This document shows, piece after piece, positions 1 through 12,816 of a DNA stretch of 64,000 nt. The stretch is from NCBI GenBank assembly GCA_010093605.1, contig MU004184.1, positions 1,126,801 to 1,190,800 on the forward strand, given 5' to 3'. Origin of the DNA: Lophium mytilinum. Taxonomy: Eukaryota. Every line of letters starts with the position of its first letter. The stretch's first letter is position 1. The notes below the pieces were generated by a model, which had not been told where the DNA came from, searched no databases, and was given only the letters and a program-made list of their open reading frames with translations. The translations under genes and the position numbers were made by a program.

Positions 1-2040
1 GAATTGAGACCACACCGCCGGCGTGGCTTTCACGGATAGCTCACCACTCGCATGCTTGTGTACCCTTTCTTCCCCTGTCACAGGTGCTTCAGCACGCTTT
101 CGGACATTGTAGCAAGATGCAACTCCATCAATTTGAACAGCCGGCAGAGTCGTTGAGCCAGCTCATACGCTCGCGCATTCATTCGACGCAGGCGGGGTCG
201 TAATTGCGCCCTCGTTCCACAGTATGGCTCCCGAAGAGCCGAGATGCAACGTTTTTGACAGGCGAGGCAATCCTTCAACCGGTTCTCGTGCGCAGGTGGC
301 GGATTCCAGGCATCGCGACCTGTTGATTCGTGCTGTTTGGAAATGCCTCGTCATCTTCGCCGTCGAAGCTGCGCACGAGGAGCGAAAAAGATCAACGCCC
401 GCATTGGCCGTCAGTCATGTGAGGCCAGTGTGGATGCCTCTGGGCGAAGTGGTTGGCTCTGCGATAGATGAAGTGGTATCCGAGCTGGAGCACAGCATGG
501 TCCGGAAGGTCGTGGAGGTGCTTCGTCGAATGGCGGTCTGGGAGCCGTCTTTGACCGTTGCAGCAGGCTCTGCAACGCGCAGCCGAAGCGGCGGGCATCG
601 CAGGCTGATGGAGATGTGATTCGCAACGTAGCACGAGCGGTGGTGGTGTTGCACAATAGGATGGAGTCTCTAGCGGCGGTCGCTTTCTGGAGGCCTTGCA
701 GCCATGGTGACGACCGATATCTTATCAATTGAGCATCAAGCATGGCAGGCACAACGCGGTGTTGGCCCTTTCCTGTGTAGTGGCTTACTCAGCAGATGCC
801 GTATCTCTTTCCATCTCACGGCTAGCCAGCTTCCTCGCCCCAACACCAATACAATACATTTTTTCTTCCTGCATACCGAGCTCTCACAACGCACGGCGCG
901 GGCTGGGGTGCAGCTGCGAACGCGGGAGCACAGCGGGCTCGACGACGGCTCCATCATGGCATTTGCACCGGAACGACTGTTCCAATACTGTTCGCTGCAT
1001 GGAGGCGTGTGCTTCACGCATCTGGGCACTGTGATAGTGCAGACGGATCTCACGCTTGTGCCGGCGCCGTCGTCTGTCAAACCAGGATTGCGCTCACATC
1101 TCGAATCTCGCCCGATCCTGCACTCGATTCGACGTCGGGTAGGGGTCCATCTGACCCCCGCTTAGGCCGAGTAAGAGCAGGGAAAACCTGGCCGCGAGCA
1201 CAGCGCGATCTTCTGACCGCTCCTCCCGAGCCGGAGCCAGGCCGGGATACTGGACGGGGCATTCATGCGCAGAAGCAAAGCGAGGCGGGCCAATTCGCCC
1301 GGGCAGGATTGATGAAGAGCGGTGCCGGCCACCTCGGGCCACGACGCTGCCAGCACAGGCGTGCATTTCTCACGGTGCACGATGGGTTCCAGCGCACTGT
1401 GCGTCGGTGGTGCAGCCGTCAGGACGGGGAAATGGTCGTGGCATCGCCAGGGCTTGCGATACGGATATGCCATGCGGGAAGTGCCACGGCCGATGGGCAG
1501 CGTGGAGCGTGGCCGGCCCGCCGAAGCGACCACAGCTCCCCTGTATTAACGGCCATTGCGTCCGATTTAGATTCTTTTAATGTGCTATTAATGGAGTACG
1601 GCAAGAAACACTTTGCGAATCAGCGGGCGGCACTCGCGCCGCCCTACAACCTCCGGCCCTGTCTAACCGCCAGAACAGGGTGCGGGCGGGAAAGCCCCGG
1701 CGCTGGATTGGTGGAGAGTGCTGCAGAGCGCCCAGCCCGTGGTCGAGGACTGGCTCAACGGCCCCAGCGATGTGCCCAGTAGCGACTTCATGCAGCTAAA
1801 CTCGAGTGTGCGCTCTCTCGCTGCCCAAGCATCCCCCAGGATAGCCCCCTAGGATAGCCCAGGGCTGCGCCGCTGCGTCAGCTCTACAAGAGCATCCCTC
1901 GCGCCCTCGCCCAGCGAGTTCAGTTTTTTCGCTATTTTGCTGTCTGAGCGTGCATGCATACCATGATAGAGCGGTACACTGGCAACGGTCTTTGAAATCC
2001 TCAACACTCACTACACCCATCGGCCCCTCGCCCCACAGTC

Positions 2041-4611
2041 ATGGTAGGACCCCACCCCTCACCGCACCCAATTGCCGTGCTCACGGCCGCTCAGCAGGCC
2101 ATGACCCCCATCACGCCGCTGGAGCGCAGCGAGATGTTCCAGCGAGGAAGGCTACAGCCTCTCTTTACACAGCGCACATCGCGGGACCGCCCGCTGTCAG
2201 AAGCCACCGAGATATTCGACACTGATGTCGACGATGACGACTCAAGCGACTTCGAGGAGTACTCGCCCAAGTTCAGCTTCAATTCGGTAAGTACCCGGTC
2301 TGGTGCGACTATGGAACTTGCACTGACGTATATGCAGAACGAGAGCCGGCGAAGTCAGACAACAATCTCAACGCTCGATGAAGTACACACGCCCGAGGAC
2401 CCGGAGTCCAACCGCCGGACTGTTTTCGACTTCGACGTCGAGGCCATGAAGCCATGTATCTCTGGACCCAAAGGACCGCATCTGTTCCGCGCATCGCAAG
2501 TCTCAAGCGACTTTTCCTTCGACGTGACTCTGCAACTGTCTCCTCTACTACCAAAGCAGCCGCCATCGCGCGTGGGGACTGCGTTCCGCTCCCTGTCGCC
2601 CTCCACTGTCGTTCCCCAGCAAGAGTACAACAGTCTCGCCAACGCGGTAGCCCACCTTGACACCGCCGAGGTTCGATCATGGACCTCCCGCGAAGTCGCC
2701 ACCTGGATGTACCAGAACGGATTCGAGTCGGATGTCATCAGCAGGTTCGAGGCGCACGATATCACTGGCGCCGTGCTCCTTGATCTTCAGTTCGACGATC
2801 TCAAAGAGCTCGAGATCCAATCATTCGGCAAGCGACATCAGCTCTGGAACCAGCTCGACTCTCTCAGGGCTGGCGAGGGGCTAATGTCACCCATTGTCCC
2901 TGTTCCGACTCCTTTCCAGGACATCAGCCGACCTTGCACTGGCGCTAGGGAGAGGTCAAAGAGCCGAAAGCGGTCGAAGAGTAGGAATCCGGAGCGTGAC
3001 TGTTCAGGAGATGAGGGCGTCACCCCTGGTGGCGCTAGGCGTCGCAGGGGGCGCAAGAACCGACTGATGGACGAGATTGTCACTCCCATGGAATCCGTGT
3101 CGATTGTTGCCATCGAACAGCTGTTGCCTAAGCCCCACAAGTGTGCCAAAGGCGAACGTTGTGCCAAATGGAGAAAACAGCAACGTCAGCTGGCCCGGCT
3201 TCAGGAAGAACATGGCTTCCCCATCTCGCCGGAAAAGGGAGGCCACATCTTCGTGGCTGGAGATCCAGGAAACCCGCAGTCTGCTAACAAGGTCGTTGAG
3301 AACGTCTACCGTGACAATGCCTACCGTCCCACCTCGGATGCCGTCCCCTCAGTTGTCGCTTCGTCAGATGTCCTTGGGCCGGGTCAACTACCAGACTTCT
3401 CCCTACTCCAGCACCTCGAGCAACGCGACCCACAGGACAATGTAAAGAACTTCTTGTCGCTACAACATCTCGACGAGCCGTACGACAGCTTGACACCCAT
3501 CGAAGCGCCGCCAACCCCACCATTCGAGATGTTCCCATCACGTTGTCAATCAGTCCCAGCATATTACGAACCCCAACAACCCCAATACCATCCACACCCA
3601 CTCCGCCAGTCGTACTTCCCAGACACTGATTTCTCTGCTCCCCCGCTCCATCCGCCAGAGTTCACTCCAGCCCCTCACAATAACCTCAAGAGTCTCCCCA
3701 AACTCAACATCCCTCGCTCGATGTCTGCAGCCCCGCAAGGAAAGCCGAAGAACGTGGTACCTGTACCCGACAGTGCCTTCTCTCCTTGCCACACCGCATC
3801 GCCGGGCGGCGTCTACCGATTCGGTACTCCCTTCTCCGATATGGACGCGCCCGTCACCGCCATTCCAGTGGGCCCCGTTTCCCGTGACACCAGCCAGTCA
3901 GTGCCACCCGACATGCAGTACCGTGACCCAATCCAGCGCACCACATCCCGAGCCGACTGGCGCCGCCCCTCTTTCGCACTACCACCGGTCCACGAAGCCG
4001 AGCTCTTCGAACCCGCCGACCTCAGCGAGAACATTAGCTCGTCCGGGGACTCGGACACCTTGCATGAGGAGTCTACCAGCAACTCTGGCTCCGACTCCGC
4101 AGCCTCGGAATGTAAGACCGTCAAGGCTAAGGCCAAGGGCGGCTTCCACTACGAGGGCGTCAACCATGCTAGTTGGATGAAGAAGCGCCGCACTAGAATG
4201 CTCCGCCATGAGTGGCAGGACCACCACGTCCGCCTCACCGGCACCCAGCTAGCCATGCACCCCAATGAGCTTCCAACGTCAAAAGCCCTTGAGCGTCTTG
4301 ATGTCGACGACTACGCTGTTGCGTGCTCCTCGATCGCCTCCAACAAGCTGTCCGCTAAGATCCGCGCGCTCCGCCTCGCTACCTCTCACCAGCAGAGCAA
4401 GCCAGACACCGCCTTCGAGTTCCAGCTTGTGCCCCAGGCGCTCCAAGACGGCAGGACCACGAAGCGCATCGTGCCGCATGGCAAGACGCACCACTTCGCC
4501 GTCAAGACACGCGACGAGCGCATCGACTGGATGCGTGAGCTTATGCTCGCCAAAGCCCTCAAGGCGAAGGGAGATGGATACGAGGTCAACATCAACGGTG
4601 CTGACATGTAA
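2041..4611 (+). CDS. SAM and PH domain-containing protein (Boi-like architecture without SH3)
   Basis: 856-aa ORF. SAM motif WTSREVATWM...FEAHDITGAVLLDLQFDDLKELEIQSFGKRHQL; C-terminal PH domain (SWMKKR...HHFAVKTRDERIDWMREL). Probable 51-nt intron 2287-2337. Start may be 2101. Confidence 0.85.
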   Translation: MVGPHPSPHPIAVLTAAQQAMTPITPLERSEMFQRGRLQPLFTQRTSRDRPLSEATEIFDTDVDDDDSSDFEEYSPKFSFNSVSTRSGATMELALTYMQNESRRSQTTISTLDEVHTPEDPESNRRTVFDFDVEAMKPCISGPKGPHLFRASQVSSDFSFDVTLQLSPLLPKQPPSRVGTAFRSLSPSTVVPQQEYNSLANAVAHLDTAEVRSWTSREVATWMYQNGFESDVISRFEAHDITGAVLLDLQFDDLKELEIQSFGKRHQLWNQLDSLRAGEGLMSPIVPVPTPFQDISRPCTGARERSKSRKRSKSRNPERDCSGDEGVTPGGARRRRGRKNRLMDEIVTPMESVSIVAIEQLLPKPHKCAKGERCAKWRKQQRQLARLQEEHGFPISPEKGGHIFVAGDPGNPQSANKVVENVYRDNAYRPTSDAVPSVVASSDVLGPGQLPDFSLLQHLEQRDPQDNVKNFLSLQHLDEPYDSLTPIEAPPTPPFEMFPSRCQSVPAYYEPQQPQYHPHPLRQSYFPDTDFSAPPLHPPEFTPAPHNNLKSLPKLNIPRSMSAAPQGKPKNVVPVPDSAFSPCHTASPGGVYRFGTPFSDMDAPVTAIPVGPVSRDTSQSVPPDMQYRDPIQRTTSRADWRRPSFALPPVHEAELFEPADLSENISSSGDSDTLHEESTSNSGSDSAASECKTVKAKAKGGFHYEGVNHASWMKKRRTRMLRHEWQDHHVRLTGTQLAMHPNELPTSKALERLDVDDYAVACSSIASNKLSAKIRALRLATSHQQSKPDTAFEFQLVPQALQDGRTTKRIVPHGKTHHFAVKTRDERIDWMRELMLAKALKAKGDGYEVNINGADM

Positions 4612-5369
4612 ACACCCCTCGTCCCTCCCAAAATCAAAACCAGAAAATTGCATAGAGAAGAGGTTCTACCAAGAACCTCATTCATTCATTTGTGTTTCGG
4701 ATCTCGAGTGCATCATCTTAGCGTGTTTCATTTTTTGCGATTTCATTGTCCATATACCCTTCTTAGCATTGCGAAATTTTTCTGTCGTTTCTTCGCTTCT
4801 ACGTCTCCGCTTCTTTCGAGGGTATGTGATCGGGATCAGATACTTTACGGCCTACTTTAACGAGAACGAGGAACTGGGTGGATTGGGGTTGTGTTTTGAG
4901 AGCAGATAATGGATTGGATTGGAGTTTATTCCAGCATTGAATGGTTTTGCATAGCGATGGTAAAAATTGGACGCTCATTAGAAGGAAAGGGGAGGAACTG
5001 GAATGATGGGGTGCATGGGATGGGATGAGGAGATGACATATTTATATAGGATATCTAGCTAGCAACGAAAGCTATGATAAGGAACTACGCTCTACCGATT
5101 TCTTCTTTTGATGTGCTTGTAGTGCTGTATGCGAGGGAGTTCGGGTTTTTGAAGTCACTACGTAACGAACATCAACAACTCTCACACGTCTGCGGAGGTC
5201 GACCATAACTCAAAACAATTCCTAGCTTGGATGAATCGGTACAGCTCTACGCGCTTAATGAATAGCACTCTTTCGGTTGTATTTGTTTGAGTTTTCGTGG
5301 GCGTTGTGAGCTGTCAAAGTCGTGGTGAGTTTTCGCTTTCGACTTAAAAAGGAAACACACTACCTCCTA

Positions 5370-5574
5370 CAGCACCTTCTCACGTCCGGTGACCTAGCGT
5401 CAAAATCAAGCCACAGAATTACCGTATGGGGTAACGATTCCGGACGCCTTTAGGGGGAAATAACAGCTGCCTGGCCAATAAATTTTCAAGGTAGCTCATT
5501 ATTAGCCCAGAAAAGGAGGTTCACAGGGGTCGACTCAGTTTCCACGCTAGGTCACCGGACGTGAGAAGGTGCTG
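5370..5574. mobile_element. MITE, Tc1/mariner-type (TA TSD), 205 bp
   Basis: Perfect 31-bp TIRs CAGCACCTTCTCACGTCCGGTGACCTAGCGT at 5370-5400 and 5544-5574, flanked by TA on both sides; no ORF. Confidence 0.92.
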
Positions 5575-6046
5575 TACTAACTCTTTCATACGCGGACGCT
5601 AGCCTTCGTTGGCGTATGACAGCCTTGCCGAGCTTCTTCCCAACTTCACTCTTACACCTTACAAACGGCATCATGCGTTCACAAGCTCACGGTCTAGCCC
5701 CTAACATATAGCTTTCCATGAGGATCGCTCGATGGCATGGATCAATGCCAGCGCATGCATGAGCGGCAATGTGGCTGGCTGTGCTGCACTGCTGCCTTCC
5801 AGCCTTGCTTACCTTTCTCATCGCTAACTTAGCTCTCCTGACGAGCTGAGATGAAGCGTGTTTCTAACATCTCTCATGCTCGATACTCGTACCGTATAGC
5901 TCGAAGCTCATATTTACTCAAAGCTAGACTGCGACAGTGAGCCTGTCAGAGCATGAGGAAGCCGATTGGACGTCAATCCTCCTAATCGCGTTCAGCCTCT
6001 CGTAGACTCTGGACGCGCACTTCCTAGGCAATAGTCATCAACCGCC

Positions 6047-8256
6047 ATGGCCGAGCAGGGCGAAAAGACCTTGTTGATGCCCGAGAGCTTAAAGCATGAC
6101 ACTCAGGATATTACTGATATCGATCGTCGGCTGTCACCCCAGCCTTCTCAGGTAAGCACCTTTACGGTAAAATAGGTCGCTGAGAAATACTCAACACGCT
6201 TCAGACATCGAGAACACCTGCAAGGTTAGAGGGGAGCTCGTCCTCAGATGCCACAACCAGCCTTGTGCCTTTCCAATCGTGTTCCACGGTCGACACACCA
6301 CACCAGGCACGGAAGGATGCTGTGAAATTATGCGATAATTGCCGCATGATTGACTTTCAGAAAGTCCTGGAAATCGATGCGGAATCACTTCAGAACCCTG
6401 CCAATGAAGGAGGCATTTACATCGCCAAGCTTGATAAACCCGAGAATGGTTGTGAGCTCTGTAGTCTTTGGTGGTCGGTATTCCCCGATTATCTTGGCCA
6501 ACGCCCATCTCAACTTCTATATGCAAGATCTTCCATTGATCATGATCGCGGGTTCTTGAACGGTGTGGATCGACCAATACTTGAGGCCATTCCTGAAGCA
6601 TTTCTCGATCCCGGAATTGTGTATGATGGAACAGATGTTGGTTGTTTCTTCGCTATAGAGACCTCCGAGGAAATGGACACGCCTGGACAAGTCCCACCCT
6701 ATTTTGAGCCCTCCACCGCGAAACTCTGGATCAATCAGTGCAAGCTACATCACACTTCAAGTTGTACATATAATGGCCAGCCAGTCCAAGGCTTAAAATT
6801 GATCAACTGCGAGACCTACTCAATCACAGCAGTATCCCAGTCAGTATCGTACGTGGCGCTAAGCTACGTGTGGGGGGCCGAAGAGCTAGATATGAGCCTT
6901 AAGCTGGCAGAGTGCAATCGATTACCGCAAAACATCCCCGAAATCATATCGGACGCCATAGCGGCTGCTAAAGCTTTGAGCTACAAATGGATCTGGATCG
7001 ACAAGTATTGTATTGATCAAAGTAACACAGGCAAGATGCGTCATCAGATCAACCAAATGGATGCAATCTATGCAGGGGCGGATCTTACTATCATCGCCGC
7101 TCTCGGGGACAGATTACCTGGGATCGGAGGGAAGATAAGAAAACGCCAGCCCGTCGTGAGGGTTGGTAAAACTACAGTCGCTTCAGCCTTAAGTCACCCA
7201 CATGAGGTCATAAGGTCTTCAAGGTGGTCAACAAGGGGATGGACATATCAAGAAGCCGTACTGTCACTACGACGTTTAATTTTCACGGATGAACAGCTAT
7301 ATTTTGAGTGCCGGGCCGGGCACTTATACGAAAGTCCATTGTACTATTACCCCGGAATGATCTCGCACGAAGATTGGGAAGCAGACTTGAAGCTACCCCA
7401 GAGACCAGGCTTATTTTCCGGCCGCCGCAATCCTACGAACCTCCAATCTCCTGTTACAAAATTATTCGAATTTCAGTGGCATATCGAGGAGTATTCTAAG
7501 CGAGAGTTGAGCTACGAAAATGACTCGCTCAGGGCATTTCTAGGGATCGCGAGATACTATGAACGGTCTCCGGAAATTCATGGGTTTAGTGTGCATCATT
7601 TGTGGGGAGTGCCCTTCTCAACCACGATTTCACCGGAACATAATGCCAACTACAAGTCTCTCCTGTCAGGTTTGCTATGGACATACGACGGAAAGCTAGC
7701 GAAACCAAAGCGGAGGATGGATTTTCCATCGTGGTCATGGACCTCATGGAGTGGACCTCATCATTTCGGCGTCCTTTTGGGAGCCCACTTTCTTACGCTC
7801 TCTTCTCATATCATCGAGTTATACCTGGAGTGCCGGCCAGGCTGTCTTACGGAATTCAGCCACATTGTCCGTACAAACTCAACTCTAGAACTTCCCCACC
7901 CTCGCGCACTTCACATGGACTTATTGGTCTGTCACCCTCCCACTTCTTGGACCGCAGGTAATCATCCCGGAAGAGTGCACTTTAACGGTTTAGTAGCAGA
8001 TTATAGGCCTTTACAAGATCCAAGTAACTGCAAAACCATCCAGGATGCGCTTCATGAAGGAACGTGCCAGCTATTGCTGCTCGGAAGCGGTGAAGTTTCC
8101 GATCTTCCTCATTATCGGTTCTTTCTAGTGTATCTCATGGTCGTCGAGGTTAAAGGAGATTTTGCGTCCCGAATAGGCTTGATGACTGTAGATGGATCCT
8201 TCGAAGAATTCGAAAAACATGTACGATTGGAGCAGCGGCGAGTTTGTCTCATATGA
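6047..8256 (+). CDS. HET-domain (heterokaryon incompatibility) protein
   Basis: Motifs YVALSYVWG, WIDKYCIDQ, WSTRGWTYQE, FPSWSW. Exon 1 6047-6151 and intron 6152-6204 (GTAAGC...CAG) join in frame to the long ORF. Confidence 0.9.
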
Positions 8257-8607
8257 CAGCTTCCAGCAGATCACTTGCACACCACCACACAGACACTGCG
8301 CCTGACAAGGGCTCCTTGGACCGCGAGGAGCACGAAGATGCGCTCTGCACCGTAGCACCATCTGAAAAGCTTGGCCGTTAGTGGAACCATGGTCGAGCTA
8401 TGGGGGCAGTGCCCATGTGCGCTTTCCCATCCCGCACTTGACCTACATTTGAAAAGTAACTGACCACTTCTTCCTTCAGCTTCCAACATCATTCCATCGC
8501 CATCCATAACCGCGACTCACTCTCACACTTACAACACTACCAAGCATCTCTTACCACACTACCACACCACTCTTCCCACGCTCTTCAGAAGAACTCGACC
8601 AGTCAAG

Positions 8608-8954
8608 ATGTTTCGAACCCTGAGTGCTGCTCCCAAGCTTCTGGCCAAACCGAACATCCGAAGCTCCCCTCAATGCTTCCAAGTTGCTTCCAAGCTGTAC
8701 TTCACTCAACAGGCTAGTGACAAGAAAGGCACATATCCCCCAGGGAAACGGAGGTACCAGTCTACTAACTCTAACAAGCAGATGCGCCGGACAAGCCCCC
8801 GACTAGCAGGGACCACCGATTTATCAAGCTCGAGAAAGATATCCAGTATCTCAAGGAAGGAGCCCGCGAGGTGAAGAGGGACATTAGGTTATCTTTCGGC
8901 ATATCCGTCGCACTGGTAACCATTGCAGGAATTGGATTACTTTCAGATTCTTAG
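8608..8954 (+). CDS. Putative small mitochondrial membrane protein (~97 aa; presequence, coiled coil, C-terminal TM)
   Basis: N-terminus MFRTLSAAPKLLAKPNIRSS looks like a presequence. Putative GC-AG intron 8729-8781 with TACTAAC branch gives ...RFIKLEKDIQYLKEGAREVKRDIRLSFGISVALVTIAGIGLLSDS*. Confidence 0.45.
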
Positions 8955-9666
8955 TTTCGGTGGATTGTTTGTGTTCCCGTAGCAAACAAAACTTCTGAGT
9001 ACACGGATTTTTCACTGTATGGCTTTAATGTTGCTCGCTCGCTCGACACCACTGATCTGCGTTGCTTGAAACTCGACTATGCCCTTGAGTCTTCGATTTC
9101 CTGTGGGGGTACCCCAAGCAGTGGCGGACCAGTGTGCCCAGTGGGACCGGCGTAGGTGGCAATACCATCACTTGCTCATCTGAAGCATTCTCTCTCACAC
9201 ATGTGTGGTAGCCCCATGAATATGTACCCGATTCCAACCGTAGAAGTCAAGAACATATCTCACCCTCCATCAACCCCCAGAACCTCAAGATGTCTCCAAA
9301 AGGCATACAGAGTACCGTCATCAATCACTTTCGCACTCACACCAGTCACCGAATCACTCCAACCATTCAGCCAGCAGCGACCAAAGCTTCTTCAACCCTC
9401 TAATCAAAAACACAATCATACACCATCGCTATCCATTTGCCCCGCCCCAAAAATAGAGCCAGATGATATCACTCGCCAAGTCCGCTAAAAGTCGGCTACA
9501 ATGATGTACATTAAAGAAGCATCCCATTCCCGCCCCCCAAATCGGACCTTCCTGAATGACCCGCCTTTTTCAAAGCCCAACATATCTCCTACCGCTCACC
9601 CCCTGCACGCTCGCTCCTCGCCGATTACTTCCAACCGAGCTGTAACCACGAGCCAAGCAGGCTCGA

Positions 9667-12315
9667 CTAGTCATCCATGGGCTTGTCCTCCAGCTGCACG
9701 CCCCTCTCGACCGGCTTCCGCGATAGCCCCGCCGTGCCGTTGGGTTTGGCCCCATCAACCACTGGCGTCGCGTCCGCACCTCCGGGCACCTCGAGCGAAT
9801 TGCGCGCCGCGCCGCCAGTGCCTCTCCGCTCGGTTGGCGAAGCCGTAGACGTGGCAACTGGGAAACGAGTCTCCGGGCCTCCCGAGCTGCGGTCGCGGCG
9901 GTGAGACCGTGGTGACGGTGCCGGAGACGCGGCACGGGAGCGGTTGGCGGCGATGGCGCGTTGGCGCTCTTCCATGTGCGCACGCCTGTTGCTCTCATCA
10001 GTGCTGATGGCACGCGGTCGATTCGCGCCGGACGACGAGTGGGTCAGCGTGCTGGCTCTCTTCAATTCGCCGAAGATGGCGTCCTTATGTGCGAAGAGGT
10101 CGCGGATTAGGCGGTAGGCGTAACGTTCGTTCATCGTCAAGCTGGATTCTTGGCGTGGGCGGAGGATGCATGGCGCTAGTGTTTGTGCCAAAGCTGCGAT
10201 GTACTGTTCGTCTGCCGAAGTGAGCTCGATTAGACGGGTGAAGTGTGTCGTGATAGCATCGAGAGTGGCAATGTTGGCTAGGCGAAGTTGGCCAAGGGTG
10301 GACTGGATGACTGATATACGGGTCTCCTCGCTTGCGTCAGTTGCCGTGGTGCTGTAGATCGTTTTGATGATTTCATAGACGTGCGAAGAAACCAGAGAAT
10401 CTGTATTATGTCAGCGTCCGCATCATAGTCCCTTTACGTCAGAAAAAGTCATACCTGGAAGCTCCAGAAGGTACAGTTTCAGCACACTAGCGACAACCGG
10501 GACTTCAAATTTGTCAAAAGCATCTTGGGGGATCGATTTTCCGGTGTTGATTGCTGCTCGGAGTGCGTGTGTCGCTGCGAGAGGAACATCGACCAGCCAT
10601 ATTCCTCGTCGCGCTTCGTCACCTTCTAGGTCTGGGTAATCTACAAGACAGTGAGCAGAATATCTCTAAGTAGGCATGCATACACTTACGATTATCCAGG
10701 AATGTGAGCACAGTGGTCACAATGATAGGCACCCGTTTCCGGTCGGACCTAGCCCGAGCCTCGAGATCTACACCAAAAGTTTGCTCTATGATCATGTTAG
10801 TAGATTAACAACCTAGAGCTGAGGTTCGTCTCACCATCGACAGAGTTGTAGTAGTTCTCATATGTCTGCACCCTAGGAACGAACTGGCCGGTCCTGTAGT
10901 TCTCGAGGAGGTACCTCAAGTCACCCAGAGGCTGCACCGTCTCCTGGAATAGCATCATGTTGTCAACTGTGCTCTGCAAGCTCGGGATAACGTTGCTGAT
11001 GGCACCTGAGAAGTCCAGAATGACAGACTTGATCGCCTTTAGTCGGTCCAACTCGCATCGCTCCATGAATTTCAAATGATCAACCATTGCTTCTTCCAGG
11101 TTGCAGCGCAGAGAGTCCAACTTTCGCACGGATGCCTTGTACCGATCGTCAGATTCTCTGGCTTCTCGTCGAAGCTTCTCGGCTGGGGTTTCGTTTGGGT
11201 AGGGGTTGTTCAAGGGGTTCCATCCAGCCAAGTATTCTCCTACAGCTCCAACCGGAGAATCAACGCTGTCTGAAGACATGGCCGTGGTGGAACGAACGAG
11301 AGTCTGCTTCTTTTCAGGGATGCCAGTGATTTGGAACACAACCGGCTTCCACTGATAGTTCATCCGCGTGCTGTTGGCGAAGGTGTTGCCCACATTGCCC
11401 ACGAGGCGCAGGAAGTTGTTATTGACCATGTCTTGCCCGATCCTCTCGGCATAGCTGACACTAGAAGCGTTCATGTGCTTTTGGATATATTCCGTGATAT
11501 CGGCGCCACTGGACACATTCTGGTAGGTACCTAGGATGGGGACCCTGGTCTCCCCGATTGTGATGTTTTCCAGCATATGAGTGAGTATGCGCTTGACTTG
11601 CTCGGGCTGATATGTCTCGTCGCCAATGTCGATTGGCTCCTGCTCAGCCTCATCCGGCTCTGACATTTTGATCGTGGGAATATTCTTGAGCTTCGGGCTT
11701 GTAGCCGATTCGTTCTGAGGGTCCTGGAATGCGAGCTTGTCCTCCTCCTCAATGTCCTCGACCAGTCTGCACTTGTTGTAGTATTGGGAGCGGAACTTCC
11801 GAACAGCATCTGCCTGCTTGTCGTGTATCTTGATTCGTGATTGGAGGTCATCTTGGGAATTTTGGACTCGAGCAGCGTGTGCCTCGCACCAGCGACTGAA
11901 AGGGCTCACGACTAACTCTCTGATATTAGAAGCGATCTTGCGGTGGCTGCTCGCTGCCGCGTCCATCTCGCCGCGCACACCTTCGAAAGCCTGCACAGAG
12001 TCAGTCGCAACGTTCGCAAAGCCATGGATAGACCTCTCACCTTCCGTGTGCTTGCACCCTCATCACTGCTAAATCCACCTGGGATTCGGTCTGTTGCTGG
12101 TCCAATCGTAGCCAGGCTCTGTCCATAGGTATCTTCGGCGTCAGCGCGCAAGCGGGCTACATTTAGGATCTGCTGATTTTCCTGTACGCCCTGCTGGAGC
12201 TTTCCAAATAGCACGCCCAAGCCTAGACAGGTCAGCGGAGCTATGTGAAATATTCAGGAGGGTCCGTACCGCCAGCGTAGTCGCTAGACCAGAAGGATGT
12301 TGCAAAGCCTGCCAT
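9667..12315 (-). CDS. Rho GTPase-activating protein with F-BAR (FCH), DEP and RhoGAP domains (Rgd2/Rga8-like)
   Basis: Starts MAGFATSFWSSDYAG; F-BAR helices, DEP-like segment (AERIGQDMVNNNFLRLVG), RhoGAP segments (LKLYLLELP, LAQTLAPCILRP). Multi-exon. Confidence 0.85.
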
Positions 12316-12816
12316 GTTGCAGACTGCAGAGTCCCGCCTGGTTAAAGTCCGGGTTCTTAGGTTGAGGTTCGAAGGGGGCAGCGTATGCCAGAGAAATGGA
12401 GAGGTAATGAGCGTGAGACGTAGGCGTCTAAGGCGTCAATACGGGCTGCAGATGGGGGCTGCTGGTTTGATGGGCGACAGGTGGCCGTGACACGTGGGCG
12501 GGCGTTACACTGGGCGCGCAGCAATGCTCTGATGCTGGCACTGTGCAGAGTGAAAGGTCTTGGTTTGGGGGAGAGAAAGGAACGAGAAAGGATCGTGAGC
12601 TCAGCCGTTGGGGTCTTCAGCTGCATCTCTCTTGGGGAAGGAGGTGCCTGCGCGCGTAAGCCTTGGCGCGCCGTTACGTCCACATTTCCAGGGCTCAGGG
12701 CTCAGGGCCCCTCTACTCCACGTCGCCTGGTCGCCTCGATTCATGTGTCTCAACTGTAGAAATAGCAACATCAGCGCTATATCCCGCCTAGCTGGCGACT
12801 TCACGACACCAGGAGC

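Noticed and set aside
1..2040. Many overlapping ORFs of 60-257 aa
   Set aside because: No recognisable motifs and Arg/Ala/Cys-rich random composition. Likely GC-rich upstream region of the SAM-PH gene.
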